Shown: positions 26,891 through 46,367, numbered from the stretch's first letter. The stretch is DNA of 64,000 nt from Chrysomallon squamiferum (GCA_012295275.1 CM022675.1:4588001-4652000), one strand, 5' to 3'. Translations and numbers: made by a program. The notes: generated by a model from the letters alone, not told the origin.

Positions 26891-27684
26891 TTAATCAGAA
26901 GTAACAGCATCAGCGATGTCGTAGAGGTCGCTGTCAGCTTGGTTAAGATGGTTATACAATTCTGATGTTGTTGTTGCTGTTGGAGGTTTTCTGTCCATTG
27001 TGTCGTAGTCTTCTGAATCGACGAGGTGGCTGTAGACGTCAGATACAGTTGCAGTTGTCTTTTCTTTGTTTGTGCTGTCGTAGTCGCTATCATTGTCAAC
27101 ACCAAGCCGGTTGTAGACATTAGACGTTGTTGTTTTCTTTTCCTTATCACAGGTATCGTAGTCATCGTCGTTGTCCCCAGCAAGGTTAGATCTATGAGTT
27201 GTTGTATTTGTTGTGTCTGTGCTGTCGTAGTCTCGTTCATGACTGCTTGAGACCTGTTTGTCTACTTTAGATGTCGTAGTAGCTGCCGTGTTGATATACG
27301 GTGTGTCGTTGTCTCCGTTGTTGTGGTCAGCAGTAGATCTGTTAAAGGGAAGTACATTAACATCTGCTTTAACATCTGCGATGTCGTAGTCGTTATCATT
27401 TCTGTTTTCCACGTTGACAGTAACTCCATTTGGGACGTTGCAGTAAACACTGTGGTTCCCTTGATTTTCTGATTCAAACTCATAATCTGCCGACGTCGAT
27501 GTCGTTGTTACCTCATAACTCGGATTTGCGTGATCACGTTGTAAATCTTCAGCAGAGCTGGTTTCATTGTTTCTTTTGTTAAAATTAATTCTTGATTCTT
27601 GTAACTTCTGAGTTTTAAAACAAAATCTACGTGTTCTGGAAAAGAAAAAGTACACTACATATATGTACAAACAAACATACCTTC

Positions 27685-27753
<69 letters not shown>

Positions 27754-30700
27754 TATACACGTATCATCATACATATATTTCAAGAAACTTACCGTTTAAT
27801 CCACAATAAAATCACGACTGCGACAAACAACACTACTACAACAGCAGCAACACCACCGCCAGCTAGTGCTACAAATTACAGAGAGAGAGAGATGGCTTTG
27901 GTGATGTATATTCAATCCAGATATTTCCAACATAAAAGAAATTTAGTGACAAGTTATATTTATAATATTATTTTTCAAGTAATATTTTCTTAAAGCGGAT
28001 GAATACATACAGATAAATATACTGGAAACCCACTTACTGCTTTTTATAATCGTCAATATCTATACAACAAAATTATTTCTCAAATCAAATAATAAATATA
28101 ATAATGGTGATGATGATGATGATGATATTGATACTAACAGTAATAAAAAAAACAAAAAAAACAACAAACCCAACTAAAATCGATTAAAGAAATGTTTACC
28201 ATTTGTTGTTTGGAAAGAAATGTTGCGTGCCAAAGTTCACCTAAAATATAAAACTATTACATCATAGAACTATCATGATCATCATGTTGTTTTATTATTA
28301 TTATTACTATTATTATTATTATTATTATACGTGTTTGGTTAGGAGAAAGAAAATCTTACTGACCAGGTATGTTTTCTCTGTTACCAACTTCCGACTGTGC
28401 GCTACTTTTAAGTGGAGTTGTCTCCCTTCTCTTATACTGAGACGTTGGTGCTGCATTCGTGTTATGTGTAGTAGACTCTGGTAACTGTTCTGTCGGTGCT
28501 GAGGTCGTCGGGTTTTTCGTGTTTGGATAGAATGTTGTTGTTTCTACAGTAGATAGGGATTCCCTGGTAGTTGTCGATGATGATGTTGTTGTTGTAGACT
28601 TTGTTACGTTTTTGTCTACAAATTCAATCAAGAAGTTAACATAGATGTAAAAGATGTAATTAATAAGTATAAAAACATAATTAATAAATAACGATTGGTC
28701 ATTTTCGCTAGTTTGAAGATGAAATATTAAATGATAAATAAATAAATATGTGTAATGTAACAACGACATCAACAACAGTAATATAATTATTATTCTTCCT
28801 CTTTTTGTTTACTTTTTCATGAAATTTTTTTTTATAAAACTTTAAAAAAAAAAATTAATCTATAAATTAATTAATGAATAAGGAAGAAGAAAAAGGTGTA
28901 CTTACATTTTTGACAAACTGATTTCTTTTTTAAATTAGACTCTAAAATGTTCATATCAACTTTGAAACGGGGAGGGAGAGTTAGCCACTTCCAATCCTTT
29001 GTCCACGTCATGCTTTCTGTAAACTTTGCATCATTATAATGTTCATGTATTACTGAACCTGTTAGAAAACACAAATCAGTATCAGTGAAATGCACAATTA
29101 TGTCTCCTACAAGTATAAAAATACTGCTATTTCTTCCTTTACGGTCACCACCACTACTACTGCTACTGCTGCTGCTGCTACTATTATTACTGTTACTTCT
29201 ACTTCCACCATTACCACTACTACTACTACCATTACTACTGCTACTAGTTATAACCGTATACTGCTTCTACTGTTACTACTACTGCTACTATTGCTAGTGG
29301 TGCTGCGGCAGCTATACTATAGGCAACTAAAGCGGCAATTTCCACAGTCTATAAATAAAATGATGTATGACTTTTATTAACTGTACTTTGGTGATATGAA
29401 GAAATAGTCCAAACGTTTCAGCTTACTTCCTCGTTATGCTTTATTCGTTGTTTTTTTGTTTGTTTGTTGTTGTTTTTTTAAGTAAAGCAGCAAAATAACT
29501 CAATTAAAAATGTCTGGGAATGTCTTTTTTCTGTAGTCGTAAGATAATTGTAAAAAGAGCGGCTCTGTTTTGAAGAGATAAAATGGCGATTTGAAATGTT
29601 TTCTAACCTGTATCATATACTAAAACAAAGATAAAAATATGAACATATATCTAGTTTAATATTTATATTTCATTTCTTTAATTATTTGTAACGCCACAGA
29701 TATTCTTAAACTGCTGTGAGAAAGTAAATTTATTAAAGATGATTTTCAGTTACCAGTACCATTAATCCATCGCCATTCAACCTGCCTCCGAAGTCCAACC
29801 CAGAAATCATCTTCACTGTAGTCACGTGACAAAAGTGTTGTCAATGACGACAGTGTCTCATTGGTTAGTTTGGACAGATTGCAGTTAGCGTTGGAGCTGA
29901 CCCAGTCTGTTGGTTCATTTGAATCTGTTTCACTGAAGTCATTCCCTAAAATAAAATAAAAATAAGCAAATCAGCAAACGCACAATAAGAACAGAAAGAA
30001 AATATATAGCAGCAGCAACGACAACAACCTAAAGAAAAACAACAACAACAACAACATCAAATAATAATAATAACAACAACAATAATGATGATGATGATAC
30101 TGAAGACGACAACAACAACAACAGAAGACAAACAAAAACGGGAGAAAGCAGAAGAATGATTTATGTAATAGAAATTTTATTTATTTTCTTGTTTCCTTAT
30201 TACCACATAATAATTTGTATTTAAATAGTTTACCTGCACAAACACTGTATGGTGTTTCGTTTTCACAATTTTGAAATCCAAGTTTTAACATTTCTTTGTC
30301 GTCGTCGTATCTGATGTAGCCACAGTTTGAGTCGCCGTTGACTTTGAGAATAATCTTCACTGAAGTCGGAAGACTTTGTGACAAAAATGTCCACTAATTA
30401 ACAATTTTTATGTATATATTGACTGTTTGTTTGTTTGTTTACTTTTTCATTTGTGCAGTTGTCAGTAACATTACTAAAATATATACATGAATATTAGAAT
30501 ATTTATAATATGAATATATAACGTGAAGGAAACATTCACTACTTTATATTTAAACACAATTTATTAAATGCAGTTAACTATATTTTAAAAGATTACTTTC
30601 ATTATTATTCTTATTATTCTTATTCGTATTCTTCTTATTATTAAATGCAATTTAAATTTTGTTTCCACTCTTACCAATCTTGTACACAGAAATAAAGTTT

Positions 30701-30854
30701 TCTCCACCACAGAATTCTGTGTAGCTTCCTGCACATCTGACACAATCTTCTCTCTTACTTAGTCCACTGTCAGCAATTTTACAAAAACAACGTCTACCTT
30801 AAAAACAAAAACAAAAAAACATCTTGTTATTTCTTGTTGGTGTTATTATTATTA

Positions 30855-30895
<41 letters not shown>

Positions 30896-32398
30896 GTTAT
30901 TTTTTGTTGTTATTATTATTGTAAATTTTGTTGTTGTTATTATTATTATTACTGTTACTGATGTCGTCGTTGTGTTATTATCATTATTGTTGTTGATCTC
31001 GCTTAAAAAGCTAAAAAATGAGAAAGAATTAAAAAATAATAATAAAAATAATATAATATAAATAAATAAATAAACAAAAATAAATAAAGTAAATAAATTA
31101 AATAAAACTAAAACTAAATAAAAAAAAATTAAATGAAACAAACAAACAGACAAACTTACTTGTAGACCCACAGTATCAGAAGAAGCTCTACACTTGATGA
31201 AACAAGAGAATGCGCTGTTATCTTGTAACGTGTAGTTACTTGTAAGTTCAGTTGTATCTGTTTCTCCTTTGTGTTGAAATAACGGTTCATCTGTCTCTGA
31301 GAAAGTGACAACAATTTAAAACTGTATTTTGTTACTGAACTGAGATTTATAAACACAAAATGAAACCAGTAAATTATACCTACCAGTCCACATCCAAGGT
31401 GTATGCGTCTCAAAAGCTCCTACCCAATAGTCGTTGTCTTCTTGCATTACAGAATAAAGTTTGTCGTAGTCTAAACCAGAATGATGAACAACGAGTCTGC
31501 CTCCTGCCTCCTCACAGCCAGAATACGCTGCCTCCCACCAAGTTTGTTTTTTATCCAGTGTAAAATATTCTTCTAACATTTCTTCTTGTTTTCTGTCAGA
31601 CCACGGACCTGTGTTAATTTATTAATATTTATCTTAATTATTTATTTTGGATTATGTTGATGAAAATTTATATTATGTTATATATACCTTTATACATACG
31701 TAATTTTTTATATTGTACAAATTTACACATACATATTTATACTGTTATGTTTTATAAATTTATAAATAATTACTTAGTTATGCTATGTTGTGTTTTAGTC
31801 AAGTTATGTAATATGTAATACTGCAACGTTATTATTATTGTTATGTTACGTTATGTTATGTAATTTAATAAATAATATTGCTGTTATTTGTATTTAGGTA
31901 GGTCAAAATACATTAGCTAATGTTGCATTTATAGTAAATAGTTTATTTTTAAACTATGTTATGTCATAACGTGTTGGTTTATGCTGTTATGTTAAATCCT
32001 ATTTCGTATTGTTGTTACGCTATGCAGTTATTGTTATTTGTTGTCGTCGTTATTGTTGTTGTTGATGTTGTTACTGTTATTATTGTTACTGTCGTTCATC
32101 TTGTTATTGTTGTTTTCGTTGTTATTATTATTATTAACAACGATACGAGCATTTCATGTTAAACATTGATTACACATTCAGAAGGCTCTATTTTGAAAAA
32201 GGTCTGCTTTTAACATTATCATCATATACAAGAAATCTCAATAAATAAAAATTATCTCCCCCAGCCTTATACATACTTCAAATGACTTGAAGTACAACGA
32301 ACAAATTAATTTAAATAAATAGAAAACTTACTTAGTCTTTCTGCACGTATTCCCTGATTGTAGATCGTTAATATAATCACTGCTTTTAGTAAATTCAT
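26891..32398 (-). CDS. Copy A2: CTLD-WSC-CTLD receptor (~696 aa), C-terminally truncated, exon-4 acceptor defective (possible pseudogene)
   Basis: Exons: 32332-32398, 31384-31608, 31160-31296, 30675-30798, 30234-30359, 29760-29945, 28906-29058, 28364-28615, TM 27793-27868 (ALAGGGVAAVVVVLFVAVVILLWIKR) and 26891-27635. TTA>TAA at 26891-26893 removes the YFVLE end. The exon-4 acceptor reads TAA where paralogs have CAG. Confidence 0.75.
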
Positions 32399-34469
32399 TA
32401 TTTCTTTTTGTTTTCTTCTCTTTATTTTTACTTACGAAACTTCTTACGCTAGACGATATAAAACCGAGTTTTGCTAAAACCAACGAGAAAGATGTTATTA
32501 AGAGGAAGTAAAATAAAAACAGGTCACGAGTCTCTTACAGATAGAACTGTCAGCTAAACACACACAGCTAGCAGCCTCACAATGAGTCAACTAAACACAC
32601 ACAGCTAGAAGCCTCACAATGAGTCAGTAAGTGGGTTCTTAGTTTACACAATTCATTGTTTGTAATTTTCTGTGTGTATAATTATAAGCGATGCGTTGTT
32701 TTTCTAATGTAATTGCATGAATTAATCTGAACAATAGCTTATTTTAGTAATACTATGTGAATGTATTTATATGTCTCCGTCTTTTTATATACATACATTA
32801 ATACATGTATGCATACATACAAAAATAGATACTTATATAGCGCATGCAAAAACAAATACATACATTCACACATACGTAGATACATACATACATGCTTACA
32901 TATACACGTCTAGACACACCGCATACAAACACAGCTAATTTTCACATACAGAGATATTCACAGCATATTTTTATATGAACGTATTCACATACACAGATAT
33001 TCAAAGCTTAATTTATATGAACGTATTCACATCTAATTTTCACATACACAGATATTCACACCTTATTTTTGTATGAATGTATTAACATTTAATTTTCAAA
33101 TACACAGATATTCACAGCTTATTTTTATATGAACGTAAATCACAGCTAATTTTCGAAGAAACAGATGTTCACAGCTTATTGTTATATGAACGTATTCACA
33201 GGTTATTTTCAAGTACACAGATATTCACAGCTTATTTTCAAATACACATATATTGACAGCTTATTTTTATACGAACGTATTCACAGCTTATTTTCAAATA
33301 CACAGATATTTATAACTTATTTTTATATGAACGTATTCACAGCTAATTTTCAGGATGACCACGTAAAATTACAGAGAGAACAGACAATATTAGATTAAAA
33401 ACCGGTGACGTCTTCATTTCTTCGCAAAACTGATAAATACAAGAAGTTCTGTATATTAACAAAAAACAACCTTTGAACCGTCACATGGTTTAAAACAATT
33501 AATATTAAATTTGTAAATTTCAAGCATTGGTATATATTAAACAATTATTTTATCAACTAAAATGCGATGTTTGAAGATCTGTGCAATATAACTAATGGAA
33601 AGCAGTTTTCTTCTGACAGATAAAAGTTTGAAACATAAAAATCTGGGTGGGGTATTACCTGGGACAGAGATTACACAAGTAGTATATCTCAGTTTTATAA
33701 CAATCAGTAAAACAGAGAATGTTAATACTAGTTAAACAGACAGTTAGATCATTTTCACAGTTGGCTACTTTGAACGTTTAATGTAGTTAATGTATTTTTT
33801 AAATTCTTTGCCGTACAGGTAAATAAAAGTAACTTTTGTCTCCAGATAAATTCTTTAAATTCATTCAGTTTAAAATTCTGCTTGTCTGTTCTGTGATTTT
33901 CATTTGAAGATTGTTTATAACAAAATAAAGTCGCTTGTATTGTTTATGTTTATTGATGACAGTCACTCTCCAAACAACAGAAATATTTGTTTCACTTTGT
34001 TAAACTACAAACCAGGTAGTAATAACATACGAACCTGTTTTGTCACATTTTTGTACTCACCACGTTTTATTACTAAATTTATGATAAATAATATATTGCA
34101 AAATCTCACTAGAAACTTGTCATTAGTTTTAAAACTGAAGCTCTAAAATTTTGATTTTACATATTTGGGGTTTTTAAATTCACTTTATGTATTTATTTAG
34201 TTACATCCTGTGGCATTATCATTGAATCTCCTTCATTTTAAACACAAAGCCTGTTTGTATTCAATTTGTAGGTCAGTGTACATTAGGTAACTCGTTTTGT
34301 ATTAGTTTAATTACGAAAAAGGTTTCAGTCAAATTCAGGGTGTCTATGTGTGTGTCACAAATAGAAATAAAATCTGACAGGTTTACACTGTTTATTTTAT
34401 TTAATAATGATGTGCTGTCTCTAGTGAAACATACAGTTTAACAGTTAGGATGTGTGTAAGTGCTGACTG

Positions 34470-34572
34470 ATTTAACTCGAAGTGATCTCGAGAATATCGC
34501 GAGTTTTACCGATCATTAGAATGCGCAGCGCAGTCTTAAAATAGCGCAGATCGACAAATAGCGGAGAACACA
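34470..34572. promoter_or_regulatory. CpG-rich conserved element upstream of each gene copy (candidate regulatory element or small repeat)
   Basis: ATCGCGAGTTTTACCGATCATTAGAATGCGCAGCGCAGTC...GCGGAG. Copies at 13620-13712, 25330-25415, 41715-41815(rc), 52035-52140(rc) and 63625-63715(rc). Function is only inferred. Confidence 0.35.
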
Positions 34573-35894
34573 CACAAACAATTACATAATATGGTTGTCA
34601 CCTACGTCATAATAATATTTCCTGTGTGTTGTAATGTGACATTTTATCTTTCTTGTTCTTTCTTTTTCTCTCCCATTGTTATTAATATCACTAATACATT
34701 GTTATTGTTATCATCATCGTGATCATCATCGTCATTTTCATTATTATTATTATTATTATTATCTTTTTATATTATTTTCTTCATTTACAAATAAATATGT
34801 ATTACCTCAAAAGCAATTATGACCAAAAGCTGAAACACCAAGAACAACTGTCTCACAAAAAGGGCAGAAATAAAATTACATTAAACTAAGTTTCACAGTT
34901 GTGTTTCTCTCCTTTAGAGAGCTCCTCACTCTCAGAAACTGACTTCATTCAATAGAATTTGTTAGTACAGCTTGAAATGGACCTGAATTTATTTTGTGTA
35001 AAGAGAAAAAACAAAAGGTGTAAATCTGGGTTCTTGATAATCAACGTTAAAAACGTTCAAATGTTGACTGATATCTAGAACATAACATAACCAGGATTCA
35101 GACTGAGACTCTATTAGTAAGAAATTTTAAATAAACACGAATATACATCTAGAAAGACGTGTGAGTGTGTGTGTGTATGTGTATGTGCGTGTGTACATTG
35201 TGTGTGTTGTGACGTCAGTTAAATAGTCCAAAAGCTATGAATGTTTTTATGTTTAATTTCTTTTAGTGATGTTTCCGCACAGTTGCTGTTTTGAGGAAAT
35301 CTGTAACTTCAAAGGCTCGTTTTGAAACGAGATTGCGTCTCGAAAATTGTTAACGGACTTTACAGAAATTTTCATCAAGTTTTTCTCCTACTTTCGGGTG
35401 ACAAAACCTTTTATACTGGACAAAGAAATGAAACTAAGATATTTAATTTGTGTTTGTTCGAGGCAGTTTATATGAAGAAAACTCGAAGACGAAACCTCGA
35501 AAACATAACAAGTAGTGTATGAACGATGTTCGTGATACACGTTCACAAAACCATACAAAATGACAGCTGTTCCAACGTATTTCAGTCGAAAATGAAAACT
35601 TTTTCTTCACACTACAAAGTAACACTGGTGCAATAAACACAAAATTAAGAATTAAAATTTTCAATTTATCCAGTGTTTGTTCAAATAGCACTTGAAACAA
35701 AGAATAAATCAATCATTCGAAAGTCAAAATATATGGATTCATCTGATGATCGATTTGAATAGTAGCGAGGTTTACTGTATCACAATAAAGTTAGATTCAT
35801 ATTAACAAGTTAGTATAAAACACACTTCCAGTACGAATCGGAAAACAACAACAATAAAACCAAAGACAAAATAATAATAATAATAATAATAATC

Positions 35895-35935
<41 letters not shown>

Positions 35936-36301
35936 CATAGAACAAAAGTAAAAAGTAACTGTTAACGTGGATTTTAGAAAACACTTCCGTCAAGCGACAA
36001 ATTTGGCATCAGTGCAGATTAATACTAAAAATCTTAGTATAAGAAGAGATCTCACATAACTCAGGAACAAGGTGAAAAATAAATCGCACTGACAAAAATA
36101 ATATTTAGATATTGGGATAAAGTAGAAACACAACATATAACGGTGAAAAGAATAATACAAATAATGCAAACAATAAAAACACTATGAGACATTATTAACA
36201 TGGGATTTAAAAAAATAATAATAATAATAAAAACAACCAAAAGACAATCTGTTAGGAAACACTGAACTAGGGTTTATGATAATAATAATAATAATAATAA
36301 C

Positions 36302-36338
<37 letters not shown>

Positions 36339-36837
36339 TATAGGATGAAACACTGCTAATATATAAAAAAACAACAACAATAACAATAACAAAAAAATAA
36401 AAATAAAAATAATAAATCATAAAAGAAACTCTGGTCTGAGACCCTGTTAACATAGGTTTAAAAAAAACACTTCCTAGCAGAAACAAATTTTGCATCAAAA
36501 TATCGATCGAGTTACTAGTGAGATTCTTTTCAATAGAAATTTTCCAGAACAAAATAAACAGATCAGCTGCTTTTAGAAACGTTGTTGTTGTTGTCGGAAT
36601 CGTCGTGGACGTTATCAAATATTTCGGATTTCCTAGTGGGAATGTGACTGTTAGTCGAGGCAGTATGTCTGCACAGACTGGGGACTGGTACAGCTGACGT
36701 AGCAGTATCAAGCGATGTCGTAGTTTGACCGTGAGATTGGTTAAGATGGCTGGCTAAGGTTCTGATGTTGTTGTTGATGTTGCAGGGTTTCTGTTTATGG
36801 TGCTGTAATCTTCATATAATTGAGGTGGATGTAGGCG

Positions 36838-40512
<3,675 letters not shown>

Positions 40513-40712
40513 NNNNNNNNNNNNNNNNNNNNNNNNNNNNNNNNNNNNNNNNNNNNNNNNNNNNNNNNNNNNNNNNNNNNNNNNNNNNNNNNNNNNNNNN
40601 NNNNNNNNNNNNNNNNNNNNNNNNNNNNNNNNNNNNNNNNNNNNNNNNNNNNNNNNNNNNNNNNNNNNNNNNNNNNNNNNNNNNNNNNNNNNNNNNNNNN
40701 NNNNNNNNNNNN
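40513..40712. other. Assembly gap (200 N) at the strand switch of the array
   Basis: Run of exactly 200 N. Confidence 0.99.
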
Positions 40713-41509
40713 TTTGTCTACGAGTTTTCTTCATATAAACTGCCTCGACCAAACACAAATTAAATATGTTAGTTTCATTTCTTTGTCCAGTATAGAAGTT
40801 TTTGTTACGCGGAAGTAGCAGAAAACATTGATGAAATATTTCTGTAAAGTCTGTTAACTATTTTCCTTAAATATTTTCAAAATGGCAATTGTGCGCAAAC
40901 TGCACCCCCAAAAAATTAAACATTAAAAACTTTATAATTTTGTCACTATTTCACAGACATCACCACACACACAACCATGTCTTTCTAGATATATATATTC
41001 GTGTTTACGTGTGTTATATTATTTTACCATTTCTGGTGAATATTTGGACATTTTGAACGGTGATTTTCAAGAACCCAGATTTACCAGTTTTGCATCTTTT
41101 TATTTTTTTATTATATATAAATATATATTTTCTTTTTCACAAAATAAATTCAGGCCCAAGGATTTCAAGCTGCACTAACAAACTCCATTCAGTGACGTCA
41201 GACTTTGAGAGTGACGAGCTCTCTAAGTGAGGGAAACACAACTGTGAAACTTAGTGTAATGTATATATTAATTTTATTTTAACTGTTTTGTGAAGCAATT
41301 TTATTTTGATGTTACAACATATTGGTATCTCACCATATTTTGTGATTGCTTTTTGACAGACTGTGTCCATCAGTAAGTAAACAGAGAGGTATCAGTTAAC
41401 TGATTACAAAAAGAAACAGCAAACTTTAACTAACAGAGTAACTATCATCTCAAACCAGTATTTTCAGTCACGTATTTCTCACAGATCATATATATTTAGT
41501 TGTAAATTA

Positions 41510-41562
<53 letters not shown>

Positions 41563-43516
41563 TGATGATGATGATGATAACAGTAACAATGTATTAGTGA
41601 TATTAATAACAATGGGAGGGAAAAAGAAAGAACAAGAAAGCTAAAATGTGACATTAACACACAGGAGATATTATTATGACGTAGGTGACAACCATATTAT
41701 GTAACTGTGTGTGTGTATTCTCCGCTATTTGTTGATCTGCGCTATTTTAAGACTGCGCTGCGCTTTCTAATGATCGGTAAAACTCGCGATATTCTGGAAA
41801 TCACTTCAAGTCAAACCAGTTAGCACTTACACACATCCTAACTGTTAAACTGTATGTTTCACTAGAGACAGCACATGATTATTAAATAAAATAAACTAAA
41901 TTAAATAAACCGTGTAAACCTGATCTCGTAAATTCTATTTTTATTTGTGACATCCTGTGAATTTGAAGTCCACATTTTTCGTAATTAAACTAATATAAAA
42001 CGTATGACCTAATTTACATTGACCTATAAATTGAATACAAACAAGTTTTGTGTCTAAAATCAAGTAGATTTAAAGAAAATGTCACAGGATATAAGTAAAT
42101 AAACAGATAAAATCAAATTTCAACACGAAAATATGTAAAATTAAAATTTTAGAACATCAGTTTTAATACCAAACACAAGTTCCTAGTGACATTTAGTACT
42201 AAAACGTGGTAAGTACAAAAATGTGACAAAACACGTTGTTATCTCATTACTATCTGGGTGACCTGACATTCGTCAGCTTCAAAGTTTCTAGTTTGACTAA
42301 GTAATTTTGTAGTATGGAGTGTGACTGCCATAACTAAACATAAACAACACAAGCGACTTTATTTTGTTATAAACAATCTTCAAATGAAAATCACAAAACA
42401 GACAAACAGAATTTGAAACTGAATGAATTTAAAGAATTTATCTGCAGACAAATATTACTTTTATTTACCTGTACGACAAAGAATTTTAAAAATACATTAA
42501 CTACATTACAGGTAGAACTTAGACAACTGTGAAGATGATCTAAATTAATTACAGCTGTTTGTTTAATTAGTATTAACATTCTCTGTATGACTGAGTGTTA
42601 TAAAACTGAGATATACTACTTGTGTAATCTCTGTCCCAGGTAATACCCCACCCAGATTTTTATGTTTCAAAATCATTCTGTAACAAAACAACTGCTTTCC
42701 ATTTTTTATATTGCACAAATTTTCCAACATCAAATTTTAGTTGATAAAATAATATTTTTATAAGCAACCAAATTTACAAATTTATTACTACATTTGTTTT
42801 TAATCAACTGTGATAGGTCAAAGTTATCTTCTTCTTTTTTTAATAGATATAAAACACTTGCTATATCTTTAAAACCAGAAATATTCAAAATTTCTCGAAT
42901 TTATGAGCTTTGCAAAGAACTGAAGTAGACACTGGTTTTTAATCTAATATTGTCTGTACTCTCTGTAATCTTACGTAGTCATCCTGAAAATTAGCTGGAA
43001 ATGTGTGTGTGAAAATGTATGTATTTATATTTTGTATGTTTGTTTGTGGTGTGTCTAGATGTGTATATATTCAAGTATGTATCTATTTATTTGCATGCAT
43101 GTATTTGTATGGATAGATACATGTATGTATTTATATATGTATCCATTATATAATGCATGTACATTTATATGTATGTATGTATGTATGTACGTATGTATGT
43201 GTCATTTATGTATTTGTATAGGTTGTATGTATCATGTGTATGTATGTATGTATGTATGTATGTATCATATGTATGTACGTATTCATGTATAAATGTATTA
43301 ATCGTTGAAATAATCTATATCACGGATGCATCACTTATAATTATTATACGACCACAAATATACAAACAATGCATTCTAAGTAGCCAGATTCGTGACCTCT
43401 TTTCCTCTGTTTATTAGTATCTACTTCCTTGTTGGTTTTAGCAAAACTCGGTTTTATATTGTCTTGCGTAAGAATGTTCGTATATAAAAGTAAACACAAG
43501 AAAACAAAAAGAAATA

Positions 43517-46128
43517 ATGAATTTAGTAACAGCAGTGATTATATTAACGATCTACAATCAGGTTACAGGTGCAGAAAGACTAGGTAAGTTTATTATTTAT
43601 TTAAAATTAATTTATTCGTTGTACTTCAAGTCATTTGAAGTATGTATAAAGCTGAAGGAGACAATTTAAAATGTTTGAATTTATTTAAATTTTATTAATT
43701 GAGCTTTCTTGTATATGATGATTATGTTAAAAGCAGACCTTTTTCAAAATACAGCCTGCTGAATGTTTAATGGATGTTTAACATGAAATGCTTGTATCAT
43801 AGTTAATAATACTAATAACAACAACAAAAACAACAATAACTAGATGAACGACAGCAACAATCATAACAGTAACAACATCAACAACAACAATAATAACGAC
43901 GACAACAAACAACAATAATGAGTGTGATGAAAATTAAAAAACTGCATAGCGTAACAACAGTACGCAACAGGATTTAACATAACAGCATAAACTAGCACGT
44001 TATGACATATTTTTAAAATAAACTGTTTACTATAAATGGAAAATTAGCTCACGTATTTTGACGTAGCTAACTTTAAATAACAGCAATAGTATATATACAA
44101 TAACATAAAATAACGTAACATAACAATAATAATAACGAAGAAATATTACATATTAGAATATTGTATATCATCACATAACTAAGTAATTATTTATAAGTTT
44201 ATAAAACATAACAGTATAAATATGTATAAATGTATTCAGTAGAAACAAAATACATTTGCATAAATGTATATATAAAAACGTAACATAAAATTTCATCAAG
44301 ATAATGCAGCATAAATAATTAAGATAAATATTAATAAATTAACACAGGTCCGTGGTCTGACAGAAAACAAGAAGAAATGTTAGAAGAATATTTTACACTG
44401 GATAAAAAACAAACTTGGTGGGAGGCAGCGTATTCTGGCTGTGAGGAGGCAGGAGGCAGACTCGTTGTTCATCATTCTGATTTAGACAAAAACAAACTTT
44501 TTTCTGTAATGGAAAAAAACAAAAACTATTGGGTAGGAGCTTTTAGAGACGTATACACCGTGGATGTGGACTGGTAGGTATTCAGTTATCAATAATTTAA
44601 ATGTCGGTTAGAACATAAATAAATGTTTAATGTTTTATCAAAGTTTTACTTTATAAATTGATCATTATCTACGACATCAAAAGTAACAACAAAACCACTA
44701 ATAACAATTATAATACAATAAATGAATAAATAAATAGGCTGTTTCGTTTTTTGTGTGTTGTTATTGTTCTAGTTTTTGTTTTCAGAGACAAATGAAACAT
44801 TATTCCAGTACGTTGGAGATATCGATGTTGGGAGTTCGAGGTCTAACTACTCAATACAAGACAATGATGCTTTTAAATGCTTCCAGCAATGTAAACCGAG
44901 CAATGGAAAAATTGGTTTACAGGTTGGTAAATTCTTCTGTTCATAAAGTCTGAATTTAAAACAAAAAGTGTTAAATATATACTTGTTTTTAGGTTACCTG
45001 AATCACACACAGACAAATGGGACACACAGACAGGTATACTTCTACTATTAAACTGTCACTGCGGCAACCAACACCACTACTTCATCTTCTACTACTATTA
45101 CCACTTCTATCACTACTACTACAAATATCCTTCTTCTTATTATTATTATTGTTATTTTTATTATTATTATTATTATTATTATTGTTATTATTATTATTAT
45201 TATTATTATTGTTGTTGTTGTTGTTTTGTTGTGTTTATTATTATTTATTAGCATATTTTTTAGGTTATTTTTTTTATTATTGTTATTTTGTGTTTTGTAG
45301 GGAAAGCAGTGTTACTGTAAAATCTCTGACACAGCAAGTCCTGTGAAGTCAACTACAAAACGAGTTCGATGTGCAGGGACATATGAAGAATACTGCGGAG
45401 GAAGAAACACAGTTTCTATTTATAGAACAGGTGAAATTACCAACTTTAACATAATTTATAAAATATTTATCTTTTTTGTAGTATTTTATTAACATAAGTA
45501 GATGAAGGTATAAGTTTGTGATTTTGAATGAATGAACAAACGAATATATAAATAAATGAATGAACCAATGAATGAATGAAAGAACGAATGAATGAATTAA
45601 CGAATGAAGATTGAGTATGCACTCATGTAGTGATAATTATAATAATATATAAATTACTTCATTACAGATTTTCCGTCTTCAGTTCAAATCGACGACAGCA
45701 CTGACGGAATCAAGCGCTGCGGCTACGTCAAGTTCAATTCTGACAATTTTACAATAGGTTTTCAAAACTGTGACAGCTACAGAGCATACGCAGTTTATAC
45801 AGATCATTTTATTTTAACATTGTTCAGTCAGTATTTTTAGTTACAGTGACTATATCAATAAATAAATAAATAAATAAATTCCTTAAATTAATTAATTAAT
45901 AATAATAAAAGGTAAATTAGTCGTATCACAAGTTAAAGTAGATGTAGTAGTAGTTGTTACAAACAAAATATGTCTGCTTTATTGTTTGTTATTTATTTAT
46001 TTATTTATATACTTTATTTTATTTTATTTTATTTTATTTTGATTTTTATTTCTATTTTTATTTTGGTTTTTATTTTTTTTATTTCTTTGTTGTTTTTTTT
46101 TCTTTCTATTTATATTTTGACTTTTTGT

Positions 46129-46167
<39 letters not shown>

Positions 46168-46367
46168 TTTGTATTTATTTATTTTTTAAATTTATTTATT
46201 TATTTATTTTTCCTATTTCTCTTGGAGACGAAAGCACTAAAACTGTTTCTTACATGGCTGCTCCACTTGTCAGTTTGCAAATCTGAGACATGTATTTCAC
46301 TAACTGATATGACATGGAAGAAAAACTATGAAAATTTTCCTAAGCTAACGAATAATACACTCTCTGT

